DNA of 64,000 bases from Chryseobacterium sp. (GTDB lineage Bacteria > Bacteroidota > Bacteroidia > Flavobacteriales > Weeksellaceae): NCBI RefSeq assembly GCF_031286615.1, contig NZ_JAITUA010000008.1; one strand, written 5' to 3'. The position numbers and the translations under genes were made by a program. Shown piece by piece: positions 31,843 to 42,014 of this stretch (position 1 is its first letter; each line of letters opens with the position of its first letter). The notes under the pieces were generated by a model, which saw nothing but the letters and a program-made list of their open reading frames with translations, had not been told where the DNA came from and searched no databases.

Positions 31843-33909
31843 TTAAGTGATTAATGTATTTGAAATAAAATCAGGCACTAAAGCATAGTGCGACAATTTC
31901 ATACTGATGGAAGCTCTTCCGCTTGTCAGCGTTCTCAGATCAGAAATATACCCGAAAGTTGAAGCTAACGGAACTTCCGCTGCAAAAATCTTTCTTCCTG
32001 ACCTTTCATCAATAGAAGTGATGATTCCTCTTCTTCTGTTGATATCTGCAGTGACAGCACCGGTGTATTCCTCAATACTTTGAATCTCCACCTGCATGAC
32101 TGGTTCCATAAGTTTGGGACTGCATCCTTTGGCCGCTGTTTTAAATCCTTCTCTTGCAGCAATTTCAAAATCAAGTGCCGCAGAATCCTGAGCGTGGAAA
32201 GAACCATCCAGAAGGGTAATCTTCATGTTTTCCAGTGGATATCCTTTTAAAGGTCCGTTTTCCATAGCTTCTCTGAATCCTTTTTCAACAGAAGGAATAA
32301 ACTCAGTGGGGATAACTCCTCCCTTGATCATGTTGATGAACTCCAATCCATGTTCATTATCATTTCCTGGCCCGATTTCAAAACTGATATCAGCGAACTG
32401 TCCGCTTCCTCCGTTCTGTTTGGAAAGTTTCTCTCTATGAACTTTGGATGCTGTTAAAATCTCACGGTAAGAAACTTTAGGTTTTCCCTGATTGACTTCA
32501 ATACCATGATTCAGACGGATTTTTTCCAAAGTAACCTCAAGATGAAGTTCTCCCAGTCCACTCAATAAAGTTTCTCCGGTCTGTTGATCTCTTTCAACCA
32601 CCAAAGAAGGATCTTCTTCCTGAATTTTAGCCAGTACCAAACCGAAAGATTTCTCATCACCATTGGTTTTCGGTTCAATAGCCACCCTGATAACAGGAGT
32701 CGGGATCGTAATAGATTCCAGTAATATCGGCTTGTCTGCAGAAGATAAAGAATCTCCGGTTTTGGCATCCTTTATTCCTGTCAAAGCAACAATATCTCCC
32801 GCTTTCGCTTCTTCCAGAGATAACGTTTTGTCAGACTGCATTTGTAAAATCCTGGAAATCCTGAAACTTTCGCCCGTTCTTACATTCAGTAAAGTATCTC
32901 CGGATTTAATCTTTCCGGAATATACACGGAGCATAGCCAGTCTCCCCATATGCTTATCAATCAAAACTTTGAAAACAAGCCCTGAAAAAGAAGATCTTTC
33001 ATTTCTTTCCAGTGTTATCGTTTCTTCGGTATGAGGATCTCTTCCCTGTAGGTCAGCAAGCTGATCAGGTGCCGGAAGATACGTTACAACCGCATCAAGA
33101 AGAGGCTGTATTCCCTTATTCTTAAAGGCAGAACCGCATAGAACCGGAACAGCTGCTCCTGTTTTACAGACTCTTTGTATAGCTTCCGAAAGCATTTCAA
33201 TGACGACAGTTTGTTCAGTATCCATAAAAATTTCAAAAAAGATCTCATCATTCTCCGCAAGAGTTTCCATTAACTTTACTCTGTATTCATTGGCTTCAGT
33301 GATAGAAGCAGCAGGGATTTCCTTTTCCACAATGGTTTCTCCATTTTCATCTGTCCAGTATAAGGCTTTCATTTTGACAAGATCAATAACGCCTTCAAAA
33401 TGGTTTTCAGCTCCAATCGGAATCTGAAGAGCCAGAGGAACAGCATTTAACTTGGTTTTTATCTCTTGAAGTACTGCAAAGAAATCTGCCCCAATTCTAT
33501 CCATTTTATTGATGAAACAAATCTTGGAAGTTCCATGTTTTTCAGCCTGAAACCATACATTCTCCGTTTGTGGCTGTACCCCTGATGAAGCACAGAAAAC
33601 TGCGACTACACTGTCCAGAACCCTTAAAGAACGCTCTACTTCCACGGCAAAATCAATGTGTCCCGGAGTATCAATAATGTTGATATTATAAACGGTATTG
33701 TCTTTTTTCCATTGCGTTGAAACTGCTGCTGAAGAAATGGTAATTCCTCTGTTTCTTTCCTGGATGTCTTTGTCCATGGTGGTATTTCCGTCATCTACAT
33801 TACCTATTTTATGAATAAGTCCTGTGTAATACAGAAGTCTTTCGGATAATGTTGTTTTTCCCGCATCTACATGTGCTATAATCCCTATATTTCGTGTGTT
33901 GTATTTCAT
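31843..33909 (-). CDS. elongation factor G paralog
   Basis: Start trimmed to the ATG at 33909 (MKYNTRNIGIIAHVDAGKT). G1-G4 are intact (AHVDAGKT, RGITI, DTPGH, NKMD). The EF-G-type 'FEGVIDLVKMKALYW' is present. Confidence 0.8.
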   Translation of the reverse strand: MKYNTRNIGIIAHVDAGKTTLSERLLYYTGLIHKIGNVDDGNTTMDKDIQERNRGITISSAAVSTQWKKDNTVYNINIIDTPGHIDFAVEVERSLRVLDSVVAVFCASSGVQPQTENVWFQAEKHGTSKICFINKMDRIGADFFAVLQEIKTKLNAVPLALQIPIGAENHFEGVIDLVKMKALYWTDENGETIVEKEIPAASITEANEYRVKLMETLAENDEIFFEIFMDTEQTVVIEMLSEAIQRVCKTGAAVPVLCGSAFKNKGIQPLLDAVVTYLPAPDQLADLQGRDPHTEETITLERNERSSFSGLVFKVLIDKHMGRLAMLRVYSGKIKSGDTLLNVRTGESFRISRILQMQSDKTLSLEEAKAGDIVALTGIKDAKTGDSLSSADKPILLESITIPTPVIRVAIEPKTNGDEKSFGLVLAKIQEEDPSLVVERDQQTGETLLSGLGELHLEVTLEKIRLNHGIEVNQGKPKVSYREILTASKVHREKLSKQNGGSGQFADISFEIGPGNDNEHGLEFINMIKGGVIPTEFIPSVEKGFREAMENGPLKGYPLENMKITLLDGSFHAQDSAALDFEIAAREGFKTAAKGCSPKLMEPVMQVEIQSIEEYTGAVTADINRRRGIITSIDERSGRKIFAAEVPLASTFGYISDLRTLTSGRASISMKLSHYALVPDFISNTLIT

Positions 33910-34525
33910 TTTGTTTGATTTAAATTGTTGATTTTTAGATCTGTATTTAGAAAAGATTCTGAAAAAAATGAACACAAAATACACTCCGGTCTCATAGAGC
34001 GGCAAAAATATTTTTGTATTTTGTATCAAAGTGAAATTTTCAGAGATCTTAACAAATAACAGAAGTTGTTTGAATTGTTAAAGTCTGAAATTAGGGCAGC
34101 AAAAAAGACCTATCCGAATAGACAGGTCTTCAATATATTTTTGGGTATAAAAGATCTATAGAACTATTCAGATAAATATTCAGTGCTGCCAAAGAACACA
34201 GCTCTGACAGGATTGCTTAATGTAATAATATTTATCATTTTTGTTGACATTGTTGATTGTTAATCGGTTGCGAAATTATAATTTTTTTTTGATTTCCAAA
34301 GAATTTTTGAAAATATTTTTTTTAAACGCTTCATAAATCATCTTCTGTGAATCTGTCAAACTCGCGGATTGTCATAAAAATATCTTAAAACAGATAACGA
34401 ACGTAATACGTTTATGATAAAAATTTTATCTTTGGGAAGAATAGTATTGTAAACACTTGTTGATGATTAAAAAATTTTAAATCTTTTTCAAGAAAGCTAA
34501 ATAAAAACTTTTAACTTAAAATCTA

Positions 34526-35194
34526 TTGAAAACAGATATCGACATCCATAACCACTGTCATTTTTCCTTTGACCTGTGGCTCACTTTAATCAAATCTCAT
34601 CCTGAATTTAAAGCAAAAAGAGTTGAGCTGTTCTCCTCATTTTTTAACGTAGATAAACCGATAGAAGAAGTTGCGAAAACTGTAAAATATTACGATGATC
34701 TTTGCAATACCATTAATGAAGTTACAGGAGGAAATATAGACACTTTTGAAATTTATCTGATGATTCTTGGTTCTTTGGATGTAGATGTAAAACAGGTGAG
34801 TAAAGAAAAACTCAATGAGTTTTACGGGAAAAGTGAAGATTTATTTCTGGAATACAGACCGGTTGTGATTTTTGAGAATATTCATGATTTTTTTGAGGAT
34901 ATTAAAAATCAAGGAAAGACTATCAATATTCTGAGCAATACAGGATTTATCAAAGGAACTACAATGAGAAAATTTCTGATTCATGAAAATCTGGATCAGT
35001 ACATTGATTTTCACATTTATTCCGATGAAATCAACTGTTCCAAACCAAATCCGCTTATTTTTCAGGAAGTGAAGAATAAGATCAAAAATCAGGATTTGCC
35101 AATGCATCAGATTCTGCATATCGGAGACAATCCGTTTGCTGATTACGAAGGGGCAAAAAACTTCGGTTTCAGTGCACATTTACTTAAACACTAA
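34526..35194 (+). CDS. HAD-superfamily hydrolase with atypical motif I (DLW)
   Basis: Motif I 'FDLWLTL' (Asp+2 replaced by Trp), motif II 'ILSNT', Lys 'SKPNP', motif IV 'IGDNPFAD'. TTG start. Confidence 0.65.
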   Translation: MKTDIDIHNHCHFSFDLWLTLIKSHPEFKAKRVELFSSFFNVDKPIEEVAKTVKYYDDLCNTINEVTGGNIDTFEIYLMILGSLDVDVKQVSKEKLNEFYGKSEDLFLEYRPVVIFENIHDFFEDIKNQGKTINILSNTGFIKGTTMRKFLIHENLDQYIDFHIYSDEINCSKPNPLIFQEVKNKIKNQDLPMHQILHIGDNPFADYEGAKNFGFSAHLLKH

Positions 35195-35202
35195 AAATAA
35201 AC

Positions 35203-36027
35203 ATGAATAAAAGATACAGCTTACACCACATTCATTCGGCGGATGAGTTTACCTTCTCACCTGCGGAATACAGCTATTTCAAATATGGCGATAAGTCGTA
35301 TGCTGAAAAATTTGCAAAAGAATTATTCAACGGATTTATTTCCGGAAATGAAGCACTTTTAGATACTGATAAAGAGATTGTAGTACTTCCAAGCCCTTAT
35401 ATGGCAATTCCTACAGCTTCTAATTTTTTATGCTTTTACTTTAAGAAACATCTGGATTTTTATCTGTTTCAAAAAGGAAAAAAGTCAAGTATTTTATCTA
35501 AAATCAATCGTAACCATACCTATATCACAGATTACGGGAATCTCAATTTTGAAGACCGTAAAAATCTGATCGCAAATGATACTTATTATATCGATAAAGA
35601 TTTTTTGAGAGGAAAACTTTGTATTTTTATAGACGATATAAAAATCACGGGAAGTCATGAATATACAGTCAACAGAATTCTGGATGAATACAGTGTGGAG
35701 GCAGACTTTATGTTCCTGTATTATGCTGAACTGATGAATTTTGACCTTGATCCCAAGATTGAAAACTTTTTCAACTATTATGCAGTAAAAAATGTAATAC
35801 ATGTTGCAGAAGTGATGAATAAAGAGAGTTTTGAATTCAATACAAGGATTGTAAAATATATTTTAGGGCTGGAATCAAGTAATTTTGATTATCTTACGTC
35901 TAAAGTAAAAAGAGAACAGATGGACCTGCTTTTGGAGCTGGCCATCAGCAACAATTATCATTTAATAAAAGAATACGAAAATAACATCAATACTTTAACA
36001 CAAACGGAATTATATTATGGCTATTAA
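35203..36027 (+). CDS. phosphoribosyltransferase-fold protein
   Basis: PRPP loop 'LCIFIDDIKITGSHE'. Overlaps the terD start by 11 nt. Confidence 0.65.
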   Translation: MNKRYSLHHIHSADEFTFSPAEYSYFKYGDKSYAEKFAKELFNGFISGNEALLDTDKEIVVLPSPYMAIPTASNFLCFYFKKHLDFYLFQKGKKSSILSKINRNHTYITDYGNLNFEDRKNLIANDTYYIDKDFLRGKLCIFIDDIKITGSHEYTVNRILDEYSVEADFMFLYYAELMNFDLDPKIENFFNYYAVKNVIHVAEVMNKESFEFNTRIVKYILGLESSNFDYLTSKVKREQMDLLLELAISNNYHLIKEYENNINTLTQTELYYGY

Positions 36028-36574
36028 CTTACAAAAAGGACAAAGAGAAAACATTAACGCACCTAAATTTACTGTAGGTTTAGGATGGGATATCAATAAT
36101 ACTTCTACGGGAACAGGATTTGACCTTGATGCCTCTTTGTTTTTGCTTGGAGACGACAAAAAATTAGTTTCAGATAATCACTTTATTTTCTATAATAACC
36201 TTGAATCTCCGGACAAATCGGTGATCCACACAGGAGATAACCTTACAGGAGAAGGAGCTGGTGATGATGAGCAGATCAAAATTGATCTGACAAAAATTGA
36301 TGATGCGATCAAAGAAATTACAGTAGTAGTAACTATTCACGAAGCAGAATCAAGAAAGCAAAACTTTGGACAGGTAAGAAATTCTTTCATCAGAATTTTC
36401 AATACAGATACCAATGAAGAAATCTTAAAATATGAATTAGATGAAGATTTCTCAATCGAAACCGCTGTAGAATTCGGAAGAATCTACAACAGAAACGGAG
36501 AATGGAAATTTGAGGCTGTAGGAGCTGGACAGAGAGACGGCCTTGACAAATTTGTATCAATTTATCAGAAGTAA
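36017..36574 (+). CDS. terD: TerD-family stress protein
   Basis: 'MAINLQKGQ..', 'GFDLDAS.FLL', 'GDNLTGEGAGDDEQI' and 'EWKFEAVG' are canonical TerD motifs. Confidence 0.9.
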   Translation: MAINLQKGQRENINAPKFTVGLGWDINNTSTGTGFDLDASLFLLGDDKKLVSDNHFIFYNNLESPDKSVIHTGDNLTGEGAGDDEQIKIDLTKIDDAIKEITVVVTIHEAESRKQNFGQVRNSFIRIFNTDTNEEILKYELDEDFSIETAVEFGRIYNRNGEWKFEAVGAGQRDGLDKFVSIYQK

Positions 36575-36576
36575 TC

Positions 36577-37752
36577 ATGGACAATCAGGAAAATCAACCC
36601 ATAGATCCGCTAGGGTCAATAGAACCTCTTAAAACTTTTGAACCTACTCCAATGGTTCCCCCAACTCCGGCTCAGCCTGTTCAAAATGCAGCACCGGCAG
36701 TTCTTGTAGACAGAGAGGGAAATGTAAACCTGACTCAATTGCAGTCAGAAGACCGTCAGAAATATGAAGTTCTTGCGAACTCTATTGACGAAACAAATCC
36801 GGGGTCTATTGTGAATTTCGGGGCGGAACTTCAGAAGACATTAACTAACCAGAGTGACAGTTTCTTAGGAAACGTAAGAAGATCAAACTCAGGAGAAGTA
36901 GGAGGGCTTATCAATGATCTTTTGGTAGAGCTTAATTATGTAGATGTGGAAGAACTTAACGGAAATAAAGTGAAAAGCTTCCTGAGCAAATTACCATTCA
37001 TGAAGAAGGTAATGACTCAGGTAGAAAACTTATTTGCAAAATACGATAAGATCATCAACAATATTGAGCAGATCTCTTATAAAGTAAATGCGGGAATCAT
37101 TACTTCTACAAAAGATAATGCTGTACTTCAGACTATCTTTGAAAGTAATGTGAATTCTATCAAGCAGATTGAAGATCTTGTGATTGCAGGAAACCTGAGA
37201 ATGGAAAGAGCTGCTGTTGAACTTGCTCAAATGGAAACTGCTCCTCAGAATTTCCAGGACTATCAGATTGCAGATAAGAGAGATTTCATTGCAAGATTAG
37301 ACAGAAGAATGGCTGATCTTAAAGTGGTGCGTGTGATTATGATGCAGTCACTTCCTCAGATCAGACTGGTACAGAATAACAATGTTTCTATTGCTGAAAA
37401 GGCACAGACGATTCTTACCACTACACTTCCGGTTTGGAAAAACCAGCTTTCACTTGCAGTGGCAATGTACAGACAGCAGCAGAATATTGAAATTCAGCAA
37501 AAGGTATCTTCCACTACAGAAGAGATCTTAAGAAAGAATGCAGAGCGTCTTGGACAAAATTCTGTGAATGTTGCCAGAGCTAATGAGCAGACTATCGTAT
37601 CTGTAGAAACATTGAGAGAAACAACATCAATGCTTATCAATACATTGAATGAAGTGAAACAAATCCAGAAACAGGGAGCAGATAACAGAAGAAAACTGGA
37701 TCAGGATCTTCAGACATTGGAGCATGAACTTAAAGCTAATGTCAGAGGTTAA
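36577..37752 (+). CDS. telA: TelA/KlaA toxic-anion-resistance family protein
   Basis: 391 aa, helical, with 'GSIVNFGAELQK', 'YDKIINNIEQI' and 'DNAVLQ' matching TelA as I recall it. Starts 3 nt after the terD stop. Confidence 0.75.
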   Translation: MDNQENQPIDPLGSIEPLKTFEPTPMVPPTPAQPVQNAAPAVLVDREGNVNLTQLQSEDRQKYEVLANSIDETNPGSIVNFGAELQKTLTNQSDSFLGNVRRSNSGEVGGLINDLLVELNYVDVEELNGNKVKSFLSKLPFMKKVMTQVENLFAKYDKIINNIEQISYKVNAGIITSTKDNAVLQTIFESNVNSIKQIEDLVIAGNLRMERAAVELAQMETAPQNFQDYQIADKRDFIARLDRRMADLKVVRVIMMQSLPQIRLVQNNNVSIAEKAQTILTTTLPVWKNQLSLAVAMYRQQQNIEIQQKVSSTTEEILRKNAERLGQNSVNVARANEQTIVSVETLRETTSMLINTLNEVKQIQKQGADNRRKLDQDLQTLEHELKANVRG

Positions 37753-37768
37753 TTTATAGGATACCAAG

Positions 37769-38716
37769 GTGGGGGATGATGCAGCAACCATATTGTCGCA
37801 AAGCAAAAGGAGATTAACCAAGCTTAAGCTTCTTGCGAATTTTTTTGAACATATTGACATAATATCTATTTACATCAAAACAGATATTATCCACAATCTG
37901 TTCCAGGAAAATACGGCTTTAGATTACAATAAACTGGAACTTTTCCACCTGCAGTATACAGACAGTCTTATAGAACTTCTGACTAAAATAAAAAAACAGA
38001 AGGAAAATGATATGCTGGCTGTTATCAATGAAATTAACATCAACAGTAAATATATTTCAGGTTTCGAAGAAAGACGGGTAGACAGCTTTCAGACCGACAG
38101 GAAAATGTACAGCGGTGTATTTTCCCAACATCTGAAAACCTTGTATAAAGATCTTACAGAAGATAGTTTTACAGCCAATTGGGATAATGTACTGTATTTT
38201 CATAAAAAATATGCTCAGGAATTTTACAGGACGGAAGCAGATGAAACATTGCTGAAATCCGATTCTTTTCCAGCCTATCAGTATAAAGATTATTCTATTG
38301 AAAGAAAACTGTTGGGAAGGCTTAATATACAGGGATTTAAAGTCCGTTTCGTATGTGGATACCTTATAGGAACCCATGATTATGAACTTTTCAAAATCTT
38401 TCAGTCTGATGATTATTTTATTTTCAGCGTAGACGAAAAGAAATTGTATCTTTTTGATAAAGAATTGGATAAGCTGGATATTTCTGAAAATCAGTCTAAC
38501 CAGAGTTCCATTATCGATCAGCTGAGAAATAAAAATGAACAGTTGGAAAACAGTATGAACGAAAGAAAACGTGCTTTACCGGCTGAAGTGGAAGGTGTTT
38601 TGAAAGATTATATTAAAAACCTTGAAAATATGGACATTATGAGCAAGATATTTGATTTTGACGAAGAAACGAATATTCTGCGGGCGATGCTTAATTTGAA
38701 TTTGAATAATAACTAA
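37769..38716 (+). CDS. hypothetical protein embedded in the Ter cluster
   Basis: 315 aa. GTG start is uncertain. No motif recognised. Confidence 0.45.
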   Translation: MGDDAATILSQSKRRLTKLKLLANFFEHIDIISIYIKTDIIHNLFQENTALDYNKLELFHLQYTDSLIELLTKIKKQKENDMLAVINEININSKYISGFEERRVDSFQTDRKMYSGVFSQHLKTLYKDLTEDSFTANWDNVLYFHKKYAQEFYRTEADETLLKSDSFPAYQYKDYSIERKLLGRLNIQGFKVRFVCGYLIGTHDYELFKIFQSDDYFIFSVDEKKLYLFDKELDKLDISENQSNQSSIIDQLRNKNEQLENSMNERKRALPAEVEGVLKDYIKNLENMDIMSKIFDFDEETNILRAMLNLNLNNN

Positions 38717-38783
38717 AACGAAATTTGTAAAGCAAAGAAGTGCGCTTTTTTGCAAAAAGTATATAACAACTAAACATAAAAAG

Positions 38784-39392
38784 ATGGCTATCAACTTACA
38801 AAAAGGTCAGAGAATCAACCTTAAAAAAGAAAATGGAGCTGAGCTTTCTCAAGCTTGTGTAGGAATCAACTGGGGAGCAATTGAGAAAAAAGGATTTTTC
38901 GGAACTAAAAAAGAGGCAGTAGACTTAGACGGAAGCTGTATTTTATATGATTCAAACAAAAACGTTACAGAAGTAATCTATTTTGGGAATCTTAAATCCA
39001 GAAACGGATCTGTAAGACACAGTGGGGATGACCTTACTGGTGATGTGGATGGTGATGACGGATTGGATAACGAAGTAATCACTGTAGATTTCAGCCAGCT
39101 GGAGCCTAACGTAGAACATGTTGCAATGGTACTGAACAGCTACAGAGGACAGGATTTCGGAACAATTCCTTTTGCTTCTATCCGTATTTATGAAGGGTCG
39201 CCTACCAACGTAAGAGAAGTTTTTGCAAAATATGACATTGCAAATGATGCTTCGTTCAGTGGACATGTTGCTATGGTAATGGGAGTTTTCTACAAGAGAA
39301 ACGGAGAGTGGAAGTTCAACGCTATCGGAGACCCTACTGCAGATAAAAAACTAGAGCAGACGGTTCAGACAGTTCAGATGAATTACCTATAA
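38784..39392 (+). CDS. TerD-family protein (second paralog)
   Basis: 'MAINLQKGQRINL', 'VDLDGSCILYD', 'SGDDLTGDVDGDDGLDNEVI', 'EWKFNAIG'. Confidence 0.9.
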   Translation: MAINLQKGQRINLKKENGAELSQACVGINWGAIEKKGFFGTKKEAVDLDGSCILYDSNKNVTEVIYFGNLKSRNGSVRHSGDDLTGDVDGDDGLDNEVITVDFSQLEPNVEHVAMVLNSYRGQDFGTIPFASIRIYEGSPTNVREVFAKYDIANDASFSGHVAMVMGVFYKRNGEWKFNAIGDPTADKKLEQTVQTVQMNYL

Positions 39393-39477
39393 TCAATTGT
39401 AAATCAAAAGATAAATAAAATAGCAATATTTGTACTCTGTACATCTATTGCTTTTATCATATAATAACATAACTCAA

Positions 39478-40521
39478 GTGGAACATCAAAGTATTTTAGA
39501 ACTGCACCCAGGTCTGGTGTGGGGATTTGCAATAACAGTTGTTATCATGCTGCTCCTGGACTTAGGGGTATTTAATAAAAAAAGTCACGAAGTATCTTCC
39601 AAAGAAGCTACCATCTGGTCTATCGTATGGATCTCGCTTTCAATGGTTTTTTCAGGGGTGGTGTATTGGGTATTCAATACCGATGGAAGTCCTGAAAGCC
39701 ATGCTTTGGCAATAGAGAAGTTTACACAGTATCAGGCTGCTTACTGGATTGAAAAAGCTCTGTCTGTGGATAACTTATTCGTATTTATCCTGGTTTTTGG
39801 ATTCTTCAAAGTTCCGAAATACCTTCATCACAAAGTTCTTTTCTGGGGAATCATTGGAGCATTAATCTTTAGAGCGATATTCATCTTTGCAGGAGTAGGA
39901 TTGATCAATCTGACGTATCTTCCTGAAATGAATATTTTCGGAGAAGCTGTGAAAATCAACGTTGTTATGACATTGTTCGGATTATTTCTTGTGTATGCGG
40001 GAATCAAATCCTGGGGCGATGGCGGTGATGATGACGATGAAGATTATAGCAATACCGCAGGAGCAAGGCTGATTAAGAGCTTCTGGAAAGTTTCCGATAA
40101 CTACGATGGAGATAAATTCTTCACCATTCAGAACGGGATCAAAATGGCAACTCCTCTTTTAGTGGTAGTTGGCGTTATCGAATTTACAGATGTTCTTTTC
40201 GCAGTAGATTCCATTCCGGCGATCTTTGCAATTTCAAATGATCCATTTATCCTTTATACATCAAATATCTTCGCGATTTTAGGATTAAGATCATTATACT
40301 TCCTGTTGGCGAATTTTATTCATATGTTCAGCAAACTTCCGTACGGATTGGCGATTATCCTATCCTTTATCGGGGTTAAAATGCTTATTGCACCATGGAT
40401 TCATATTCCGTCTCCGGTTTCTTTGGGAATCGTAGGAGGAGTATTGGTAATCTCTGTTCTTTTATCCATCATCTTCCCTGAAAAAGAAGAAGAGAAGAAA
40501 GAAGAATTGGAAGAAAAATAA
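39478..40521 (+). CDS. terC: TerC-family integral membrane protein
   Basis: Multi-TM protein with 'EKALSVDNLFVF', 'AVDSIPAIFAIS.DPFI' and 'SNIFAILGLRSLYF'. Start placed at the GTG at 39478 (the track gives TTG 39430), so it is uncertain. Confidence 0.85.
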   Translation: MEHQSILELHPGLVWGFAITVVIMLLLDLGVFNKKSHEVSSKEATIWSIVWISLSMVFSGVVYWVFNTDGSPESHALAIEKFTQYQAAYWIEKALSVDNLFVFILVFGFFKVPKYLHHKVLFWGIIGALIFRAIFIFAGVGLINLTYLPEMNIFGEAVKINVVMTLFGLFLVYAGIKSWGDGGDDDDEDYSNTAGARLIKSFWKVSDNYDGDKFFTIQNGIKMATPLLVVVGVIEFTDVLFAVDSIPAIFAISNDPFILYTSNIFAILGLRSLYFLLANFIHMFSKLPYGLAIILSFIGVKMLIAPWIHIPSPVSLGIVGGVLVISVLLSIIFPEKEEEKKEELEEK

Positions 40522-40540
40522 AATATTTGAAAATATATCA

Positions 40541-40575
40541 AAAGCCTCCGGAGTATAACTCTGGAGGCTTTTTTG
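40541..40575 (+). terminator. intrinsic terminator after terC
   Basis: AAAGCCTCCGGAG-tataa-CTCTGGAGGCTTT followed by T-run. Confidence 0.75.
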
Positions 40576-40632
40576 TTAATATAGTTTGATGGAATACGCA
40601 AAGACACAAGGGGTATAACCATAATTTTTGCT

Positions 40633-40803
40633 TTTAAGATGCAAGAATATTTCGGCTTCGCTCAATATAAGATTTACAGCAAGGATACTTATATTAATTA
40701 CTTGCATTGTTCAAAATCATATTATTAGCGGTATTAAATTTTATCAAAGATAAAATCCTTGCGCCTTAACACATTATCTTCATAAAACTTAGCGCCTTTG
40801 CGT
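40633..40803 (+). repeat. ~150-170 nt structured intergenic repeat, copy B
   Basis: See 4803-4955. Same orientation. Confidence 0.7.
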
Positions 40804-40902
40804 TTTCCAACATTTCACAAATAAATTATTTAAAAAACAAAATAGACAGACCAGTCTGTATTTTGTTTTTTTTCATACATTTGTTTCAGAAAAGAAAAGC
40901 AT

Positions 40903-41430
40903 ATGAAATCTCCAAGAGAAAGAATTGTGGAAAAAACCTTTGAATTGTTTGCAAAACAAGGATACAACTCCACAGGAATCAACCAGATCATCTCCGAAGC
41001 AGAAGTAGCCAAAGCAAGCTTTTATCAATATTTTAAATCCAAAGAAGACCTATGTGTAGAATTTCTGAAAGTAAGACATGAATATTGGTTCAGTGAATTC
41101 CGTAATTTTTTATCAAAGGAAAAAGAGCCGAAATCTAAAACGACCAAAGCTTTTGATTTTCTGGTATATATGAATAAAAAAGAAAATTTCCGTGGGTGCA
41201 GCTTCCTGAATATTTTATCAGAAATACCAATGGATAATATTAAAATTCTGAGTGTAATTCAATCTCATAAAGCTGATCTCAGAAACTTCTTTTTAGAATT
41301 ACTGAACGATGATATTCTTTCCGATCACATTTATATGCTTTTTGAAAGCAGTATCATAGAAAGCCAGCTTTTCAAATCCAATGAACTCATTGAAAAATCA
41401 AAAAAAATAGCCACCAATTTAATACAATAA
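40903..41430 (+). CDS. TetR/AcrR-family regulator
   Basis: N-terminal HTH 'FAKQGYNSTGINQIISEAEVAKASFYQYF'. Confidence 0.85.
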   Translation: MKSPRERIVEKTFELFAKQGYNSTGINQIISEAEVAKASFYQYFKSKEDLCVEFLKVRHEYWFSEFRNFLSKEKEPKSKTTKAFDFLVYMNKKENFRGCSFLNILSEIPMDNIKILSVIQSHKADLRNFFLELLNDDILSDHIYMLFESSIIESQLFKSNELIEKSKKIATNLIQ

Positions 41431-41433
41431 GTT

Positions 41434-41847
41434 ATGGAACAAAAACATCCGCTTCCGCCTTTCACTCTTGAAACGGCACTGGAAAAAATTCAAATGGCAG
41501 AAGATGCCTGGAACAGTCAGGATCCTGAGAAGGTTTCCAAAGCATATACCGTCGACAGCGAATGGAGAAACAGAGATACCTTCGTGAATGGAAGAGAAAA
41601 TATTGTAGTATTTCTACAGAAAAAATGGGAAAAAGAGCTTCATTATCACCTTAAAAAAGAATACTGGGCACACACAGACAACCGAATCGCCGTTCGCTTT
41701 GAATATGAATATCAGACCAAAGATGGCAGCTGGTTCAGAGCGTATGGAAATGAGAACTGGGAATTTGATGAAAATGGGCTGATGGCAAAAAGATATGCAA
41801 GCATCAATGATCTGGCAATTAAAGAAGAAGAAAGAAAATTCAGATAA
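41434..41847 (+). CDS. NTF2-like DUF1348-type protein
   Basis: 137 aa with 'AEDAWNS.DPE.V...YT.DS.WRNR' and 'NENWEFD..GLM'. Confidence 0.55.
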   Translation: MEQKHPLPPFTLETALEKIQMAEDAWNSQDPEKVSKAYTVDSEWRNRDTFVNGRENIVVFLQKKWEKELHYHLKKEYWAHTDNRIAVRFEYEYQTKDGSWFRAYGNENWEFDENGLMAKRYASINDLAIKEEERKFR

Positions 41848-42014
41848 AACAAAGAAGCTGTCTCAAAATTGCCATTCTCAACGGAATGAAATGTAGTGAA
41901 GAATCTCATGTTTCAGTTTATCAATGAGATTCTTCTTTCGTCAGAAATCGAAGATTTGATGTAGCCAATGAGAAAAGCAAATGATCTCAAAAGTCATAAA
42001 TTATAATTCATAAT

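Noticed and set aside
31843-34029. Tetracycline ribosomal-protection protein (Tet(M)/Tet(Q)) call for the EF-G-like gene, and the 40-codon N-terminal extension.
   Set aside because: Sequence features (FEGVIDLVKMKALYW, overall length) look like EF-G rather than Tet RPPs. The extension is hydrophobic junk upstream of the canonical MKYNTRNIGIIAHVDAGKT start.
39393-39477. yybP-ykoY (Mn2+) riboswitch upstream of terC.
   Set aside because: The intergenic region is under 90 nt and I see no four-way junction or conserved riboswitch motifs.
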